Virus record (IMG/VR): IMGVR_UViG_3300024058_000001
Coordinates: 40,772 to 104,771 of that record
Reading direction: 5' to 3' (one strand)
From: a virus
Taxonomy: Duplodnaviria > Caudoviricetes
Length of the DNA stretch: 64,000 bases
How positions within the stretch are numbered: the first letter of the stretch is position 1; every line of letters starts with the position of its first letter. This document shows positions 19,498 through 27,870 of the stretch, piece by piece. A model generated the notes under the pieces. The model saw nothing but the letters and a program-made list of their open reading frames with translations. It ran no database searches and was not told the origin of the DNA. Made by a program: the position numbers and the translations under genes.

Positions 19498-19893
19498 TTA
19501 TCCTCCCATTGTTAGAAATAGTCTTCCAAAACTTGCAGGTGCTGCCACAGGAGTATCACTAGTTCCTGTATTAATCCATACACGTTTATCAGTAACACTA
19601 GAAATAGATCCACCTGATGTAACAACCTCTGCAATAGGAATCCGTCCAGACGTAAAGCCTGATGTATTAGTCGAAGCAACTCCAACAGACGTTATCTCCA
19701 CAAAATTTGTAGTATTATTAGTTAATACAACATTTTGAGAAGACGCATTTGTAATAACATTGTCATCACGTATACGGCCAGCTTTAACAGTTAAATTTAA
19801 ACCTGATGCAGCTAGGGGCCCAAAGTCTCTAAGATCATCAATTAAAACATCTAAATCTCTAATTTGTCCTGAACGAACTTCTGTACGTGCCAT
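19498..19893 (-). CDS. Short paralog of the long fibre protein
   Basis: Shares the N-terminus and the GFTxGRIPxAEV domain with ORF 20321-22486. Confidence 0.65.
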   Translation of the reverse strand: MARTEVRSGQIRDLDVLIDDLRDFGPLAASGLNLTVKAGRIRDDNVITNASSQNVVLTNNTTNFVEITSVGVASTNTSGFTSGRIPIAEVVTSGGSISSVTDKRVWINTGTSDTPVAAPASFGRLFLTMGG

Positions 19894-19898
19894 TTATA

Positions 19899-20246
19899 TC
19901 ATCCTTTTTTCTTAAATTTCTTCTTGAATTCGTCTTTAGTAATCTTTTTATCAACATCTTTCTTAAGGGCTACTTTTTGTGCAATAATTCTGTCTTTGTT
20001 TCTTTGTTCTTTCATTCTAAGTATATTAGTATCGTTTTGATATAATGCCCATTCTCGCATAGTTCTTTTTAAATAATCTTTAGCACCTTGTAACTTTAAT
20101 ACTTGTTCTTTGTAACGAGCAGCGTCATCTTCTGCTTCTACTAGTTTTATTACTGCACTTCTATAATCTTTATCTAATTTTTCTAATTTATCGTTTGCAA
20201 ATTCCCCAAAATTCCATCTTCGAGCTTCATTAATATTGTCAGACAT
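19899..20246 (-). CDS. Hypothetical coiled-coil protein
   Basis: GGAGG SD; helical, charged 115 aa. Confidence 0.6.
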   Translation of the reverse strand: MSDNINEARRWNFGEFANDKLEKLDKDYRSAVIKLVEAEDDAARYKEQVLKLQGAKDYLKRTMREWALYQNDTNILRMKEQRNKDRIIAQKVALKKDVDKKITKDEFKKKFKKKG

Positions 20247-20275
20247 TGTATTGTCCTCCAGCTTTTAGTTTTTGT

Positions 20276-20299
20276 GGGGTAGGGCCGAAGCCCTACCCC
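20276..20299 (-). terminator. Perfect 10-bp GC stem with a cUUCGg tetraloop after the fibre gene
   Basis: GGGGTAGGGC-TTCG-GCCCTACCCC on the minus strand; no U-tract follows. Confidence 0.7.
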
Positions 20300-20320
20300 G
20301 TATTAATTAAATTTTAGCTA

Positions 20321-22486
20321 TTATGGTTTTCTGTAAGAAACAAGCACTTCGTCGCCAGATAAAGGAGCAGAATTAAATGTAATCGTAGCTCCAGAGATGG
20401 TGTAGTCGTCAGACCCACCCTCATTCTGAAGAATACCATTCAAGTATACTTCCTCTGTTCCAGCAGTAGGTGTGTTCGCAAGAACACCAGTAGTATCTGC
20501 GCCATCAAAATCAAACGCCACGTCTTCACGTGTAATAAAGTTTGATTCCGTAAGACCTCCACTACCAGCACTTTCTGCGTCCAACCATGCTCGTCTGTCA
20601 ACAATTGCCGTAATGTCGCCTGAAGCAGCAGTAACTTCTGCAAGCGGAATGCGTCCAGCCGTAAAGCCAGAAACATTATTCGATACAGTACCGCTACCGT
20701 CTACTTCGACAAATGACACGTCATCATCAGCTACAGTGGTAGTACCAGCACTTACTGCGGTAACAACGTTATCATTTCTAACGGTGCCTGCAGCAAAATC
20801 AGCAACTAGTCCTGTACCTTCTGTAACTTGAAGATCACTAAGATGGTCTACATCAACTGCACCAGACACAATTTCGTCTGAATCGACAGAATCAGTAGCC
20901 AGTTCATTAGCTGTAATACCACTAGCTTTAATACGAAGAGTATCCGCATTAATTTCTATTGTGGAGTCATCAACATTTACGTCAAGTTCTCCGCCAGCAG
21001 CTTGGCCTAAACCAAGACCAGCAATATCGGCATTAATAGCATCCTTATCTACTGAGTCAGGAGCGTAATGCTCTGCATCAATAGAATCTGCTACGTAATG
21101 CTCACTGTCAATTTGGTCGTCGCCAATCTTTGCGCTAGTAACCGCATCAGCAGCCAGTTGAGCCGTATCAATACCTAAATTTTTAACATTCAAGGTATCG
21201 GTAGTAATCTCAATAGTGGTATCATCAACATTTACGTCGAGTTCGCCACCAGCAGCTTGACCTAAGCCAAGACCTGCGATATCAGCATTGATTGCATCTT
21301 TATCAACTGAATCAGGAGCATAATGTTCGGCATCAATAGAATCAGCCACATAATGTTCGCTGTCAATTTGATCATCAGCAATCTTCGCACCAGTCACAGC
21401 ATCAGCAGCTAATTGAGCAGTGTCAATACCTAAATCTTTAACATTTAGGATATCAGCAGAAATCTCAATAGTAGAATCATCTACTCTAACACTAAGTGTG
21501 TTACCAGACTTTAGAAGACCATCACCAGCAGTAATTTGGCCTGCACCAGAAAACTGGGCAAACTCCAAAAACTTGTTAGCTTTGCTACTAGTTAGTGTAA
21601 TAGGATCATTGGCAGTAAGAACAAAACCATTATCCTTATTAACTGTACCTTCCTCAATGAAGGTAAACAAACCAGCAGTGACTTCAGCATCAGTATCGGC
21701 ATCGGTAGTACGAGTAAGAGTCAACGTAGTTGACGTTCCACCAGTAACTTCCCAAAGACCATTGTAAACACCGCGAGTAGCTTCTGTGCCACCTGCATCG
21801 GTTGTTTCATCTGAAGCCGTTTCAGCATCTTTAATGAGAATTCTATTTCCAGAAACAGGCTCTACCCCGTCAATAAGACCAAGGGAGGCACCTGCACTTA
21901 AACTAGAAATCGTCATAACCCCAGTAGCACTGACAACATCAATAGTAACACTTGAAGTCCAGTTGGAATCAGAATCTGTAGCCATACGAGCAGAAAGTTT
22001 AACATCTAAACCTTGTGCAACGCCATCTACATAAAGTTTGTTAGCTGCGTCAGTGTCAACCAACGGAGTTTTAACTCTAATTGTACCACTAGGAGAAAAA
22101 TCATACGTTGCCGTAAGATCAAGCTCCGAAGCAGTAACAGCATCAGTCGCAATTTCATTTGACGTAATGCCACTAGCTTTAACCTGCAATGTATCAGCAG
22201 AGATTTCAATAGTAGAATCATCGACGTTAACCGATAAAGCACTACCTCCACCACCACCTAAGCCATCGCCAGCTACAGAAGAGTTAAGCTGTGTTCCAGT
22301 AATACCTGCGTCTTTGACTTTGAGTACATCTGTATCAATCGTCAGTGTACTATCATCGTCATTAACTTCTAAAGCAGCGCCACCGCCACCAACTAAACCA
22401 TTACCAGCTACAGAAGTGTTAAGTTCTGTCTCTGTAACAGTTGCAGCTTTAATTTGTACATTTCCTCTAATTTGTGTAACAGCCAT
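20321..22486 (-). CDS. Long acidic fibre protein (head/collar fibre-like)
   Basis: Repeated VNVDDSTIEI and AVTxAKI shaft motifs; C-terminal VYLNG...DYT domain; GGGGTGA SD and 3' hairpin. Confidence 0.75.
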   Translation of the reverse strand: MAVTQIRGNVQIKAATVTETELNTSVAGNGLVGGGGAALEVNDDDSTLTIDTDVLKVKDAGITGTQLNSSVAGDGLGGGGGSALSVNVDDSTIEISADTLQVKASGITSNEIATDAVTASELDLTATYDFSPSGTIRVKTPLVDTDAANKLYVDGVAQGLDVKLSARMATDSDSNWTSSVTIDVVSATGVMTISSLSAGASLGLIDGVEPVSGNRILIKDAETASDETTDAGGTEATRGVYNGLWEVTGGTSTTLTLTRTTDADTDAEVTAGLFTFIEEGTVNKDNGFVLTANDPITLTSSKANKFLEFAQFSGAGQITAGDGLLKSGNTLSVRVDDSTIEISADILNVKDLGIDTAQLAADAVTGAKIADDQIDSEHYVADSIDAEHYAPDSVDKDAINADIAGLGLGQAAGGELDVNVDDTTIEITTDTLNVKNLGIDTAQLAADAVTSAKIGDDQIDSEHYVADSIDAEHYAPDSVDKDAINADIAGLGLGQAAGGELDVNVDDSTIEINADTLRIKASGITANELATDSVDSDEIVSGAVDVDHLSDLQVTEGTGLVADFAAGTVRNDNVVTAVSAGTTTVADDDVSFVEVDGSGTVSNNVSGFTAGRIPLAEVTAASGDITAIVDRRAWLDAESAGSGGLTESNFITREDVAFDFDGADTTGVLANTPTAGTEEVYLNGILQNEGGSDDYTISGATITFNSAPLSGDEVLVSYRKP
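20967..21483 (-). repeat. Tandem 255-bp (85-aa) duplication inside the fibre gene
   Basis: DDQIDSEHYVADSIDAEHYAPDSVDKDAINADIAGLGLGQAAGGELDVNVDD occurs twice, 255 nt apart. Confidence 0.9.
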
Positions 22487-22549
22487 TATTAAATCACCCC
22501 ATATTTTATTTTTATTTTTGTTTCATTTTCATGTTCGGGTGAATTTTCA

Positions 22550-22828
22550 TTACGCTTTCACTTGCTTGTTCACATAGCCAGCCCCGTGACACTTGGAGCA
22601 TTTGGAATATCCATGTCTCAAATTCGCTTTACATTCGCATCGTTCAATCACATTATCAGTTTCTAAGTTTTTAAAACATTCTCTAAGGTTATTATAAAAT
22701 GCATCCATAACCTGTTTTTTAAAATACCTGTATTCATCGGAGCTTTTCCCGAACTTAAACTCTCCGATTCCTAATATTTCTTTCATTTGTGTTAAATTAT
22801 TTAAAAATATACATTCAGATATGTTCAT
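22550..22828 (-). CDS. Hypothetical protein with a C-terminal Cys cluster (CxC...CxxCxGxG)
   Basis: CECKANLRHGYSKCSKCHGAGY. Confidence 0.55.
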   Translation of the reverse strand: MNISECIFLNNLTQMKEILGIGEFKFGKSSDEYRYFKKQVMDAFYNNLRECFKNLETDNVIERCECKANLRHGYSKCSKCHGAGYVNKQVKA

Positions 22829-22832
22829 ATGA

Positions 22833-23087
22833 TTATAACCTTTGATAAACCACAGTAATACGATCAGGATCTACTCCACCTGTAGGAGAATTTATAAATT
22901 CAAATGATTGATTTGTCAATATATTATAATCTTCATTTACTAATAATTCCAAACCATTCAATTGAACTTGTAAAGAAGCACCAACAAACGTGAAGCTTGT
23001 GGTAAATGTTTTATTTGCTCCATCAATTGTTCCAAATGCTTCTTCTTTAAATATTAATATTCCACCACGTAATACGGCCATATTCAA
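22833..23087 (-). CDS. Small virion protein, stand-alone copy of the fibre C-terminal domain
   Basis: GTIDGANKTFT...VQLNGL...DY resembles the end of ORF 20321-22486. Confidence 0.6.
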   Translation of the reverse strand: MNMAVLRGGILIFKEEAFGTIDGANKTFTTSFTFVGASLQVQLNGLELLVNEDYNILTNQSFEFINSPTGGVDPDRITVVYQRL

Positions 23088-23102
23088 TCCTCACGTTCAG
23101 TT

Positions 23103-23945
23103 TTAAACCCTAATTCGTTTATACGGGGATAAACTCGTAAGTGCCCCCTCCGTTAGAGATTTTACATGTGCGCTATACGGAAAATCTCCATATGATTTAG
23201 GAAATCCTTCAGATGTTAACGACATCGCACTTGATCCAGCAAATATTCCTTTTGTAGATAGAACAGCAGCAGCTACAATTCTTGCACATGCACTTCTTAT
23301 TTCCCTTGGCAAAGATTCTAGATTTTCATATCCATAATCGTACTCAAGTTCGATATTTTGAAATCCTCTTAAAAATGTATAATTCCAAAAAGGTACTGCT
23401 TGATTTTCTAAGAATAAGATTCTAGGCGGGATAATCACAGTCCCTTTTGCCATATCAACAAATAAATCTGCTCTTTCGTATTGTAAAGTCGTATTATTAA
23501 AATTTGCTGTGTTACCACTTGCAACTTTTACATCATCTGGAACAGTATCCGTTTCAGGAAATGTAAAAGGAGGCACTACTACATCATCAATAGGTTCTAC
23601 TCCGCCCCTATTACCTACGTCTGTGCCTAGTGTGTCTATATTGTTTAAATGAAAAGGTCTTTTAAATTCAAACCATTGTACGGCTGGAATTAATCTTAAA
23701 ATAGCTTTCCTTATAAATCTTATGGGTCTGTGGCGTAATACCATATTAGGCGTACCACTACCGTCATAAAATTCATTAGTAGTGGTCAGGTCAAAGTTCT
23801 CTCCAATGTATCTATCTATCTCTCTCTTAGCCCAAGGAATAAATTCAGTTTCTATAATCTTGTCTAGAGTAGTAGGCATATCTGAAACGTCTAATCCTGC
23901 CATCCACATTTTTGCGTCATCAATTGTGCAGTAATTAAAACCCAT
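23103..23945 (-). CDS. Head-tail connector protein (gp6/gp15-like) with a large insertion
   Basis: YCTIDDAK...REIDRYIG and YDYGYENLESLPREIRSAC...LSPYKR motifs; directly after the capsid gene. Likely start MGFNY at 23945. Confidence 0.7.
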   Translation of the reverse strand: MGFNYCTIDDAKMWMAGLDVSDMPTTLDKIIETEFIPWAKREIDRYIGENFDLTTTNEFYDGSGTPNMVLRHRPIRFIRKAILRLIPAVQWFEFKRPFHLNNIDTLGTDVGNRGGVEPIDDVVVPPFTFPETDTVPDDVKVASGNTANFNNTTLQYERADLFVDMAKGTVIIPPRILFLENQAVPFWNYTFLRGFQNIELEYDYGYENLESLPREIRSACARIVAAAVLSTKGIFAGSSAMSLTSEGFPKSYGDFPYSAHVKSLTEGALTSLSPYKRIRV

Positions 23946-23975
23946 ATCATTTTCCTTTTTCAAATTAGTTTTTTA

Positions 23976-24005
23976 GCGGGGAAAAGGTTTTACCCTTTCC
24001 CCCGC
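23976..24005 (-). terminator. Stem-loop downstream of the major capsid gene
   Basis: GCGGGGGAAAGG-GTAAAA-CCTTTTCCCCGC followed by TAAAAAAC. Confidence 0.65.
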
Positions 24006-24051
24006 ATTAAAACTTATGTATTATTCCAATGTTATCATTAACGTAAAGCTA

Positions 24052-25062
24052 TTAGGCTCCGACGTTTATGATTTTTCCCTGGAACGCCTCTGCGGTCAAC
24101 TGCAGAACGGTAAACTCAGCAACTAAAGTACGATAAGCGGATTGAAGTAAAGCAAGATCAATCGAAGATAGTGGCATTAAATCCACCATCTGGATTGCAT
24201 TACCATCTTCAAGAACTGTCTTGTCATCAATAACAAGAATAAAAGCATTACCCGCATCGGGAGTGATGTATCTTGAACCGATTACATCAACAACACCGAA
24301 AGGAGACAGCCAACGAGTAACCGAAATTCCCGCAGGAATATCAGCCATCGTGCCTGCACCAGCCTGGAAGAGTCTGTAAAAAGAACCCAACACAAGCTCG
24401 TTAAACTTCTGTAAGTCACGATAAGACATGACTACAGCTTGAGGCTTACCACCCACCGTTACAATATTTTGTTCGACTGTAGTAATGTCGGACAGAGCTA
24501 AAGGAGAACCAGTATTATCAAGCACGTTATCCGTGATTTGCTTTGCTAATCCATCGAATTGAAGACCAGTACCAGTGGAAGAATCTCCATTGATAATAGC
24601 CCATTCCTCCATGAGAGCAACGTTAAGCATCTTTACTTTTACTTGATGTTTCTTAATGTCAGTGTAAGTTCCACCAGCCATTTGCTCGAAGAACGAAACA
24701 TTAACGGTATCACCAAGAGAAGTATACGGAGCCGACCTAAACTTATAGTTAGGCTGACTTGCTTGAGGTAGTCCACCCTTTTCAAAAAATCCCTGTTCTG
24801 GAGCAGTACCACCCAAAAACAAATGTCCAGCAGAATCGGCTCCCGTTGAAACTGTGGGAGTCAATTGATACCAAGCATGGGCTTTTCCATTACCAGCGAT
24901 TCGATTAAAACGATTACGTAAGGGAGTATCAGTAGGAGCCATAATTGCCATTTCAGCCTGCAAGTCTTCACGGACTAGCAAAAGACCGCTAACATCTGTG
25001 GAAGAAATTGCTTTCTGAATGTCATTAATAGCTTGCTCTACTATTTGCGCGTTATAATTCAT
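24052..25062 (-). CDS. Major capsid protein (HK97 fold)
   Basis: 336 aa after the protease. APTDTPL, EEWAIINGDS and QFDGLAKQI motifs; strongest SD and 3' hairpin; probable propeptide ending at IQK|A. Confidence 0.9.
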   Translation of the reverse strand: MNYNAQIVEQAINDIQKAISSTDVSGLLLVREDLQAEMAIMAPTDTPLRNRFNRIAGNGKAHAWYQLTPTVSTGADSAGHLFLGGTAPEQGFFEKGGLPQASQPNYKFRSAPYTSLGDTVNVSFFEQMAGGTYTDIKKHQVKVKMLNVALMEEWAIINGDSSTGTGLQFDGLAKQITDNVLDNTGSPLALSDITTVEQNIVTVGGKPQAVVMSYRDLQKFNELVLGSFYRLFQAGAGTMADIPAGISVTRWLSPFGVVDVIGSRYITPDAGNAFILVIDDKTVLEDGNAIQMVDLMPLSSIDLALLQSAYRTLVAEFTVLQLTAEAFQGKIINVGA

Positions 25063-25071
25063 TGTATATAT

Positions 25072-25092
25072 TCACCACCTTTCTTTTATAGG
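25072..25092 (-). promoter_or_regulatory. Strong translation leader CCTATAAAAGAAAGGTGGTGA (copy 1)
   Basis: Upstream of the capsid ATG; identical to 8503-8523. Confidence 0.85.
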
Positions 25093-25118
25093 ATACGCCT
25101 AGCCTTTAACGTTCTATG

Positions 25119-26195
25119 TTAAAGGGCTTTACCGAACTTAGCATCAAGCATCTTATTGACAACATTGTCTTTAAAACGCTCTTGATCGGGGGTCAACTTT
25201 GTTCCTTCTACACGCCATTTGGTTACAGTATCAATATCTTTCTGTAGAGTATTATCTACTTTACCATCAGCATCTAGACTTTTTTCAATCTTGAACTTTC
25301 TCGGCTTAGGTTGACGCATTTGCTGTTCTATCCCATCGAATCGCTTTCTCAGCGAATCCACTGCATCTACTACTTTTGATAGATCGTTCTGTGATCCATC
25401 GGCTTTCCTACTTCTTCCTGCTAAATAACCTGCACCAGCAGCAGCGCCAACTTGGGCGCGACGACTACGAACTGCACGACCTGCAATATGCGTCATAGCT
25501 GCACGTGAACGTGCTACGTCTTTTACTCTAGATGCACCAGTTTTTACTTTCCCTGCCACACTTCTCGCTTGGCCTGGAACTTTACTAGCTGCACTACGAA
25601 CTGCACCAACTGCGCGTTGTCCTACTGTGCGTCCTGCACTAATTGCGCGTTGTCCTAATTTACGACCTGCTCTAAGAGCTGCCATTGCAGCACTGCCTAA
25701 AGCTTTTTCTGTTGCTTCATCATCATCTTCATAATTCTTTTCTGTATCCTCATCGCCTTCTGGTTCCGTATCTTCATACGGATATGCACCTTCAGGATCT
25801 TGAGTTTGAGCATCTACAGTAGCGGGATGTTTACCAGGATATTTATCACCTTCGGAATCATGGCCATCTTTTTCGACCTCTTCTTCCGTTTCATCGTGAT
25901 CTTCCTTTTCAAATTCTCCCTCTACTTCTACATAATCAGCCTTTTCTGGATCGTCATCACCATATGGATAGTTGCCTTCGGCGTGTTGATTTTGTGGATC
26001 AACATCCGCAGCAGCTCCTGAATCTAAGGGATCAGTCTCCCCCAGGTCTGGATCTGATGTCGAACCTTTAGGCGTTCCTTTTGAACCCTCAATGGGTTTA
26101 TAAGCACCTTCATATGCTTTGTCGATAATATCGGCAAGATTTGTGACAACCTCTACCAATGCATCGACTTTCTTATTCAATTCATCTATTTTCAC
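25119..26195 (-). CDS. Putative nested in-frame scaffold protein (358 aa)
   Basis: GAGGAGG-N7-GTG in frame inside the protease gene, starting the coiled coil (M)KIDELNKKVDAL. Confidence 0.6.
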   Translation of the reverse strand: MKIDELNKKVDALVEVVTNLADIIDKAYEGAYKPIEGSKGTPKGSTSDPDLGETDPLDSGAAADVDPQNQHAEGNYPYGDDDPEKADYVEVEGEFEKEDHDETEEEVEKDGHDSEGDKYPGKHPATVDAQTQDPEGAYPYEDTEPEGDEDTEKNYEDDDEATEKALGSAAMAALRAGRKLGQRAISAGRTVGQRAVGAVRSAASKVPGQARSVAGKVKTGASRVKDVARSRAAMTHIAGRAVRSRRAQVGAAAGAGYLAGRSRKADGSQNDLSKVVDAVDSLRKRFDGIEQQMRQPKPRKFKIEKSLDADGKVDNTLQKDIDTVTKWRVEGTKLTPDQERFKDNVVNKMLDAKFGKAL

Positions 26196-27050
26196 GTTAT
26201 TCCCTCCTCGGTAAACGTCTTTTACATGCGATTCAAATGCAGAACCTAATACTTCTTGAGCTTTGTCAAGTACTGCATCTGTTTCTTCAGTTACTAAATT
26301 ATACTTCTCCATAGTTTCTAATGCCCGAACTGCATGAACTTTATCTGGCATTGGAATTAATCTTTCCTTTGTTACTACTGAATCTTTAACAGACTTTCTA
26401 ATAACACCAAAGTCGTCATCACTCAGTTTTTCTAATTGTTCTGTGTTTAATACTTTTCTAACCAACGAATCTGCTTTTTCTCTATGTTCCTTAACTTCTG
26501 TAAAAAGTGGATCGGTAGCTTCTGTTATAACAACTTTCTTGATATCCTCAACAATTTCTGTTTGATAAGGTATACCATTAATGCTTTTTATTAAAGAAAA
26601 AGAACATCCAGGATTTGCAGGATTATCTACTAGAGATAATTCATTAAGCTTATACTTGGTAATTCTACTAATATTTCTTGAACTACCAGTATCTAAGTCT
26701 TTAATTACTTCTTGTACCTTATTTACTGTTTGTCCACCAATAGAAAAACCATTCAAAATCCCTTCTTTAATCTTTTCCCATGTGTCACCTGCACCCTTCG
26801 ATATATAGGCTTCTATCCAAATTTTCTTAGTATCATCATTTGGAGTAATTTCTATAGCCTTGCCTACCGCTTTGGCTTCGTGCATCTCACGGATATTTCC
26901 TTGCCATTTACTAAATGCTTCCTTGCTACCATTATAGTCAACTATCTCGTTTTGTTTATCAATTTCCTCAGTAGTTGCCCAACCAGCGACTGTACGCTTT
27001 TCTGTATCTATTTTCTCAATAGGTACGTACAAATTAAACTTAGTGCTCAT
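25119..27050 (-). CDS. Prohead protease (HK97/XkdF-like) fused to a scaffold region
   Basis: IREMH (His), GFSIGG (Ser) and ELSLVDNPANP motifs; long acidic/coiled-coil C-terminal extension. Confidence 0.9.
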   Translation of the reverse strand: MSTKFNLYVPIEKIDTEKRTVAGWATTEEIDKQNEIVDYNGSKEAFSKWQGNIREMHEAKAVGKAIEITPNDDTKKIWIEAYISKGAGDTWEKIKEGILNGFSIGGQTVNKVQEVIKDLDTGSSRNISRITKYKLNELSLVDNPANPGCSFSLIKSINGIPYQTEIVEDIKKVVITEATDPLFTEVKEHREKADSLVRKVLNTEQLEKLSDDDFGVIRKSVKDSVVTKERLIPMPDKVHAVRALETMEKYNLVTEETDAVLDKAQEVLGSAFESHVKDVYRGGNNVKIDELNKKVDALVEVVTNLADIIDKAYEGAYKPIEGSKGTPKGSTSDPDLGETDPLDSGAAADVDPQNQHAEGNYPYGDDDPEKADYVEVEGEFEKEDHDETEEEVEKDGHDSEGDKYPGKHPATVDAQTQDPEGAYPYEDTEPEGDEDTEKNYEDDDEATEKALGSAAMAALRAGRKLGQRAISAGRTVGQRAVGAVRSAASKVPGQARSVAGKVKTGASRVKDVARSRAAMTHIAGRAVRSRRAQVGAAAGAGYLAGRSRKADGSQNDLSKVVDAVDSLRKRFDGIEQQMRQPKPRKFKIEKSLDADGKVDNTLQKDIDTVTKWRVEGTKLTPDQERFKDNVVNKMLDAKFGKAL

Positions 27051-27071
27051 TTTTACCTCCTAGATTTAAAT

Positions 27072-27096
27072 CGGGAGGGGTATAAATCCCCTCCCG
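27072..27096 (-). terminator. Stem-loop downstream of the 63-aa gene
   Basis: CGGGAGGGG-ATTTATA-CCCCTCCCG. Confidence 0.65.
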
Positions 27097-27110
27097 TTGG
27101 AACTGTTAAA

Positions 27111-27302
27111 TTACGTAACAGTAATAGCTTTGGTCACGCCATCAACACGGACTTGCAAAACATCAGTGTCACCGCGATACCACATATCACCATCCCGAAG
27201 ATCATCTGGATCAGCATCCAACGGGATCAAGTGCATCTGTTGCACATTTACTTTATTCCACTCTTGCTGAAGTTGCGGATTCTCTTGTGAATTCTCGGCC
27301 AT
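27111..27302 (-). CDS. Small, probably abundant virion (decoration-like) protein
   Basis: GAGGAGG SD, 3' hairpin and a DGDMWY fibre-type motif; just upstream of the protease. Confidence 0.5.
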   Translation of the reverse strand: MAENSQENPQLQQEWNKVNVQQMHLIPLDADPDDLRDGDMWYRGDTDVLQVRVDGVTKAITVT

Positions 27303-27340
27303 TTTGGTTTCCTCCTCTTTCTAGTATACTATAGTATATT

Positions 27341-27640
27341 CTATTTGCATTTCACACAAATAGATTTACCGTTTGAAACGGTAATTCTGTGTACTACTTC
27401 TTTACAAACATCACAAACTAACGGTCTTTTTTCTCCAATACCTGAAAATATTAAACCGCTTCCTATTGCAGTTGAAGATTCGGCCCTTCTTATAAGTTCT
27501 GGATTATCAGATTTACATTCAAACTTTGAACCGTCATCATGTTCAACAACAAAAGTCTTTTCGCCTGTACGTCTAACTTTCTTTGCTACTGAATCTTCTT
27601 TAATTTTACCTGTAGTATTTGTATTACGAATAAAACTCAT
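27341..27640 (-). CDS. Hypothetical protein with a C-terminal Zn ribbon
   Basis: CDVC...CVKC. Confidence 0.55.
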   Translation of the reverse strand: MSFIRNTNTTGKIKEDSVAKKVRRTGEKTFVVEHDDGSKFECKSDNPELIRRAESSTAIGSGLIFSGIGEKRPLVCDVCKEVVHRITVSNGKSICVKCK

Positions 27641-27870
27641 TTTATCTTTCCGTGAGCCTTTAAATTATACCATGCATTAAATAAGCCTCTTACACTTGCA
27701 AAACCACTACCCATAGATTTACTACTTAATGTTACTGCCTTGCCTATTTTTCCCAAGTCCTGTGGTCTTTCTACATAATCCAGCAATCCGTTTTCTACAG
27801 ATTCTGTAACAAATCTTCGGATTACGGGCTGCCAATCTAAATCTTGTTCTTCTACTACAAAGTATTCCAT
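27637..27870 (-). CDS. Hypothetical protein
   Basis: Translationally coupled 77-aa ORF. Confidence 0.55.
   Translation of the reverse strand: MEYFVVEEQDLDWQPVIRRFVTESVENGLLDYVERPQDLGKIGKAVTLSSKSMGSGFASVRGLFNAWYNLKAHGKIK

Noticed and set aside
20967-21483. 255-bp repeat as a diversity-generating retroelement TR/VR pair
   Set aside because: Tandem and in frame, differences are synonymous rather than adenine-specific, and no reverse transcriptase is present in the window.
27315-27340. Palindrome TATACTATAGTATA upstream of the 63-aa gene
   Set aside because: AT-only and a single occurrence; may be chance in an AT-rich genome, so it was not called as an operator.
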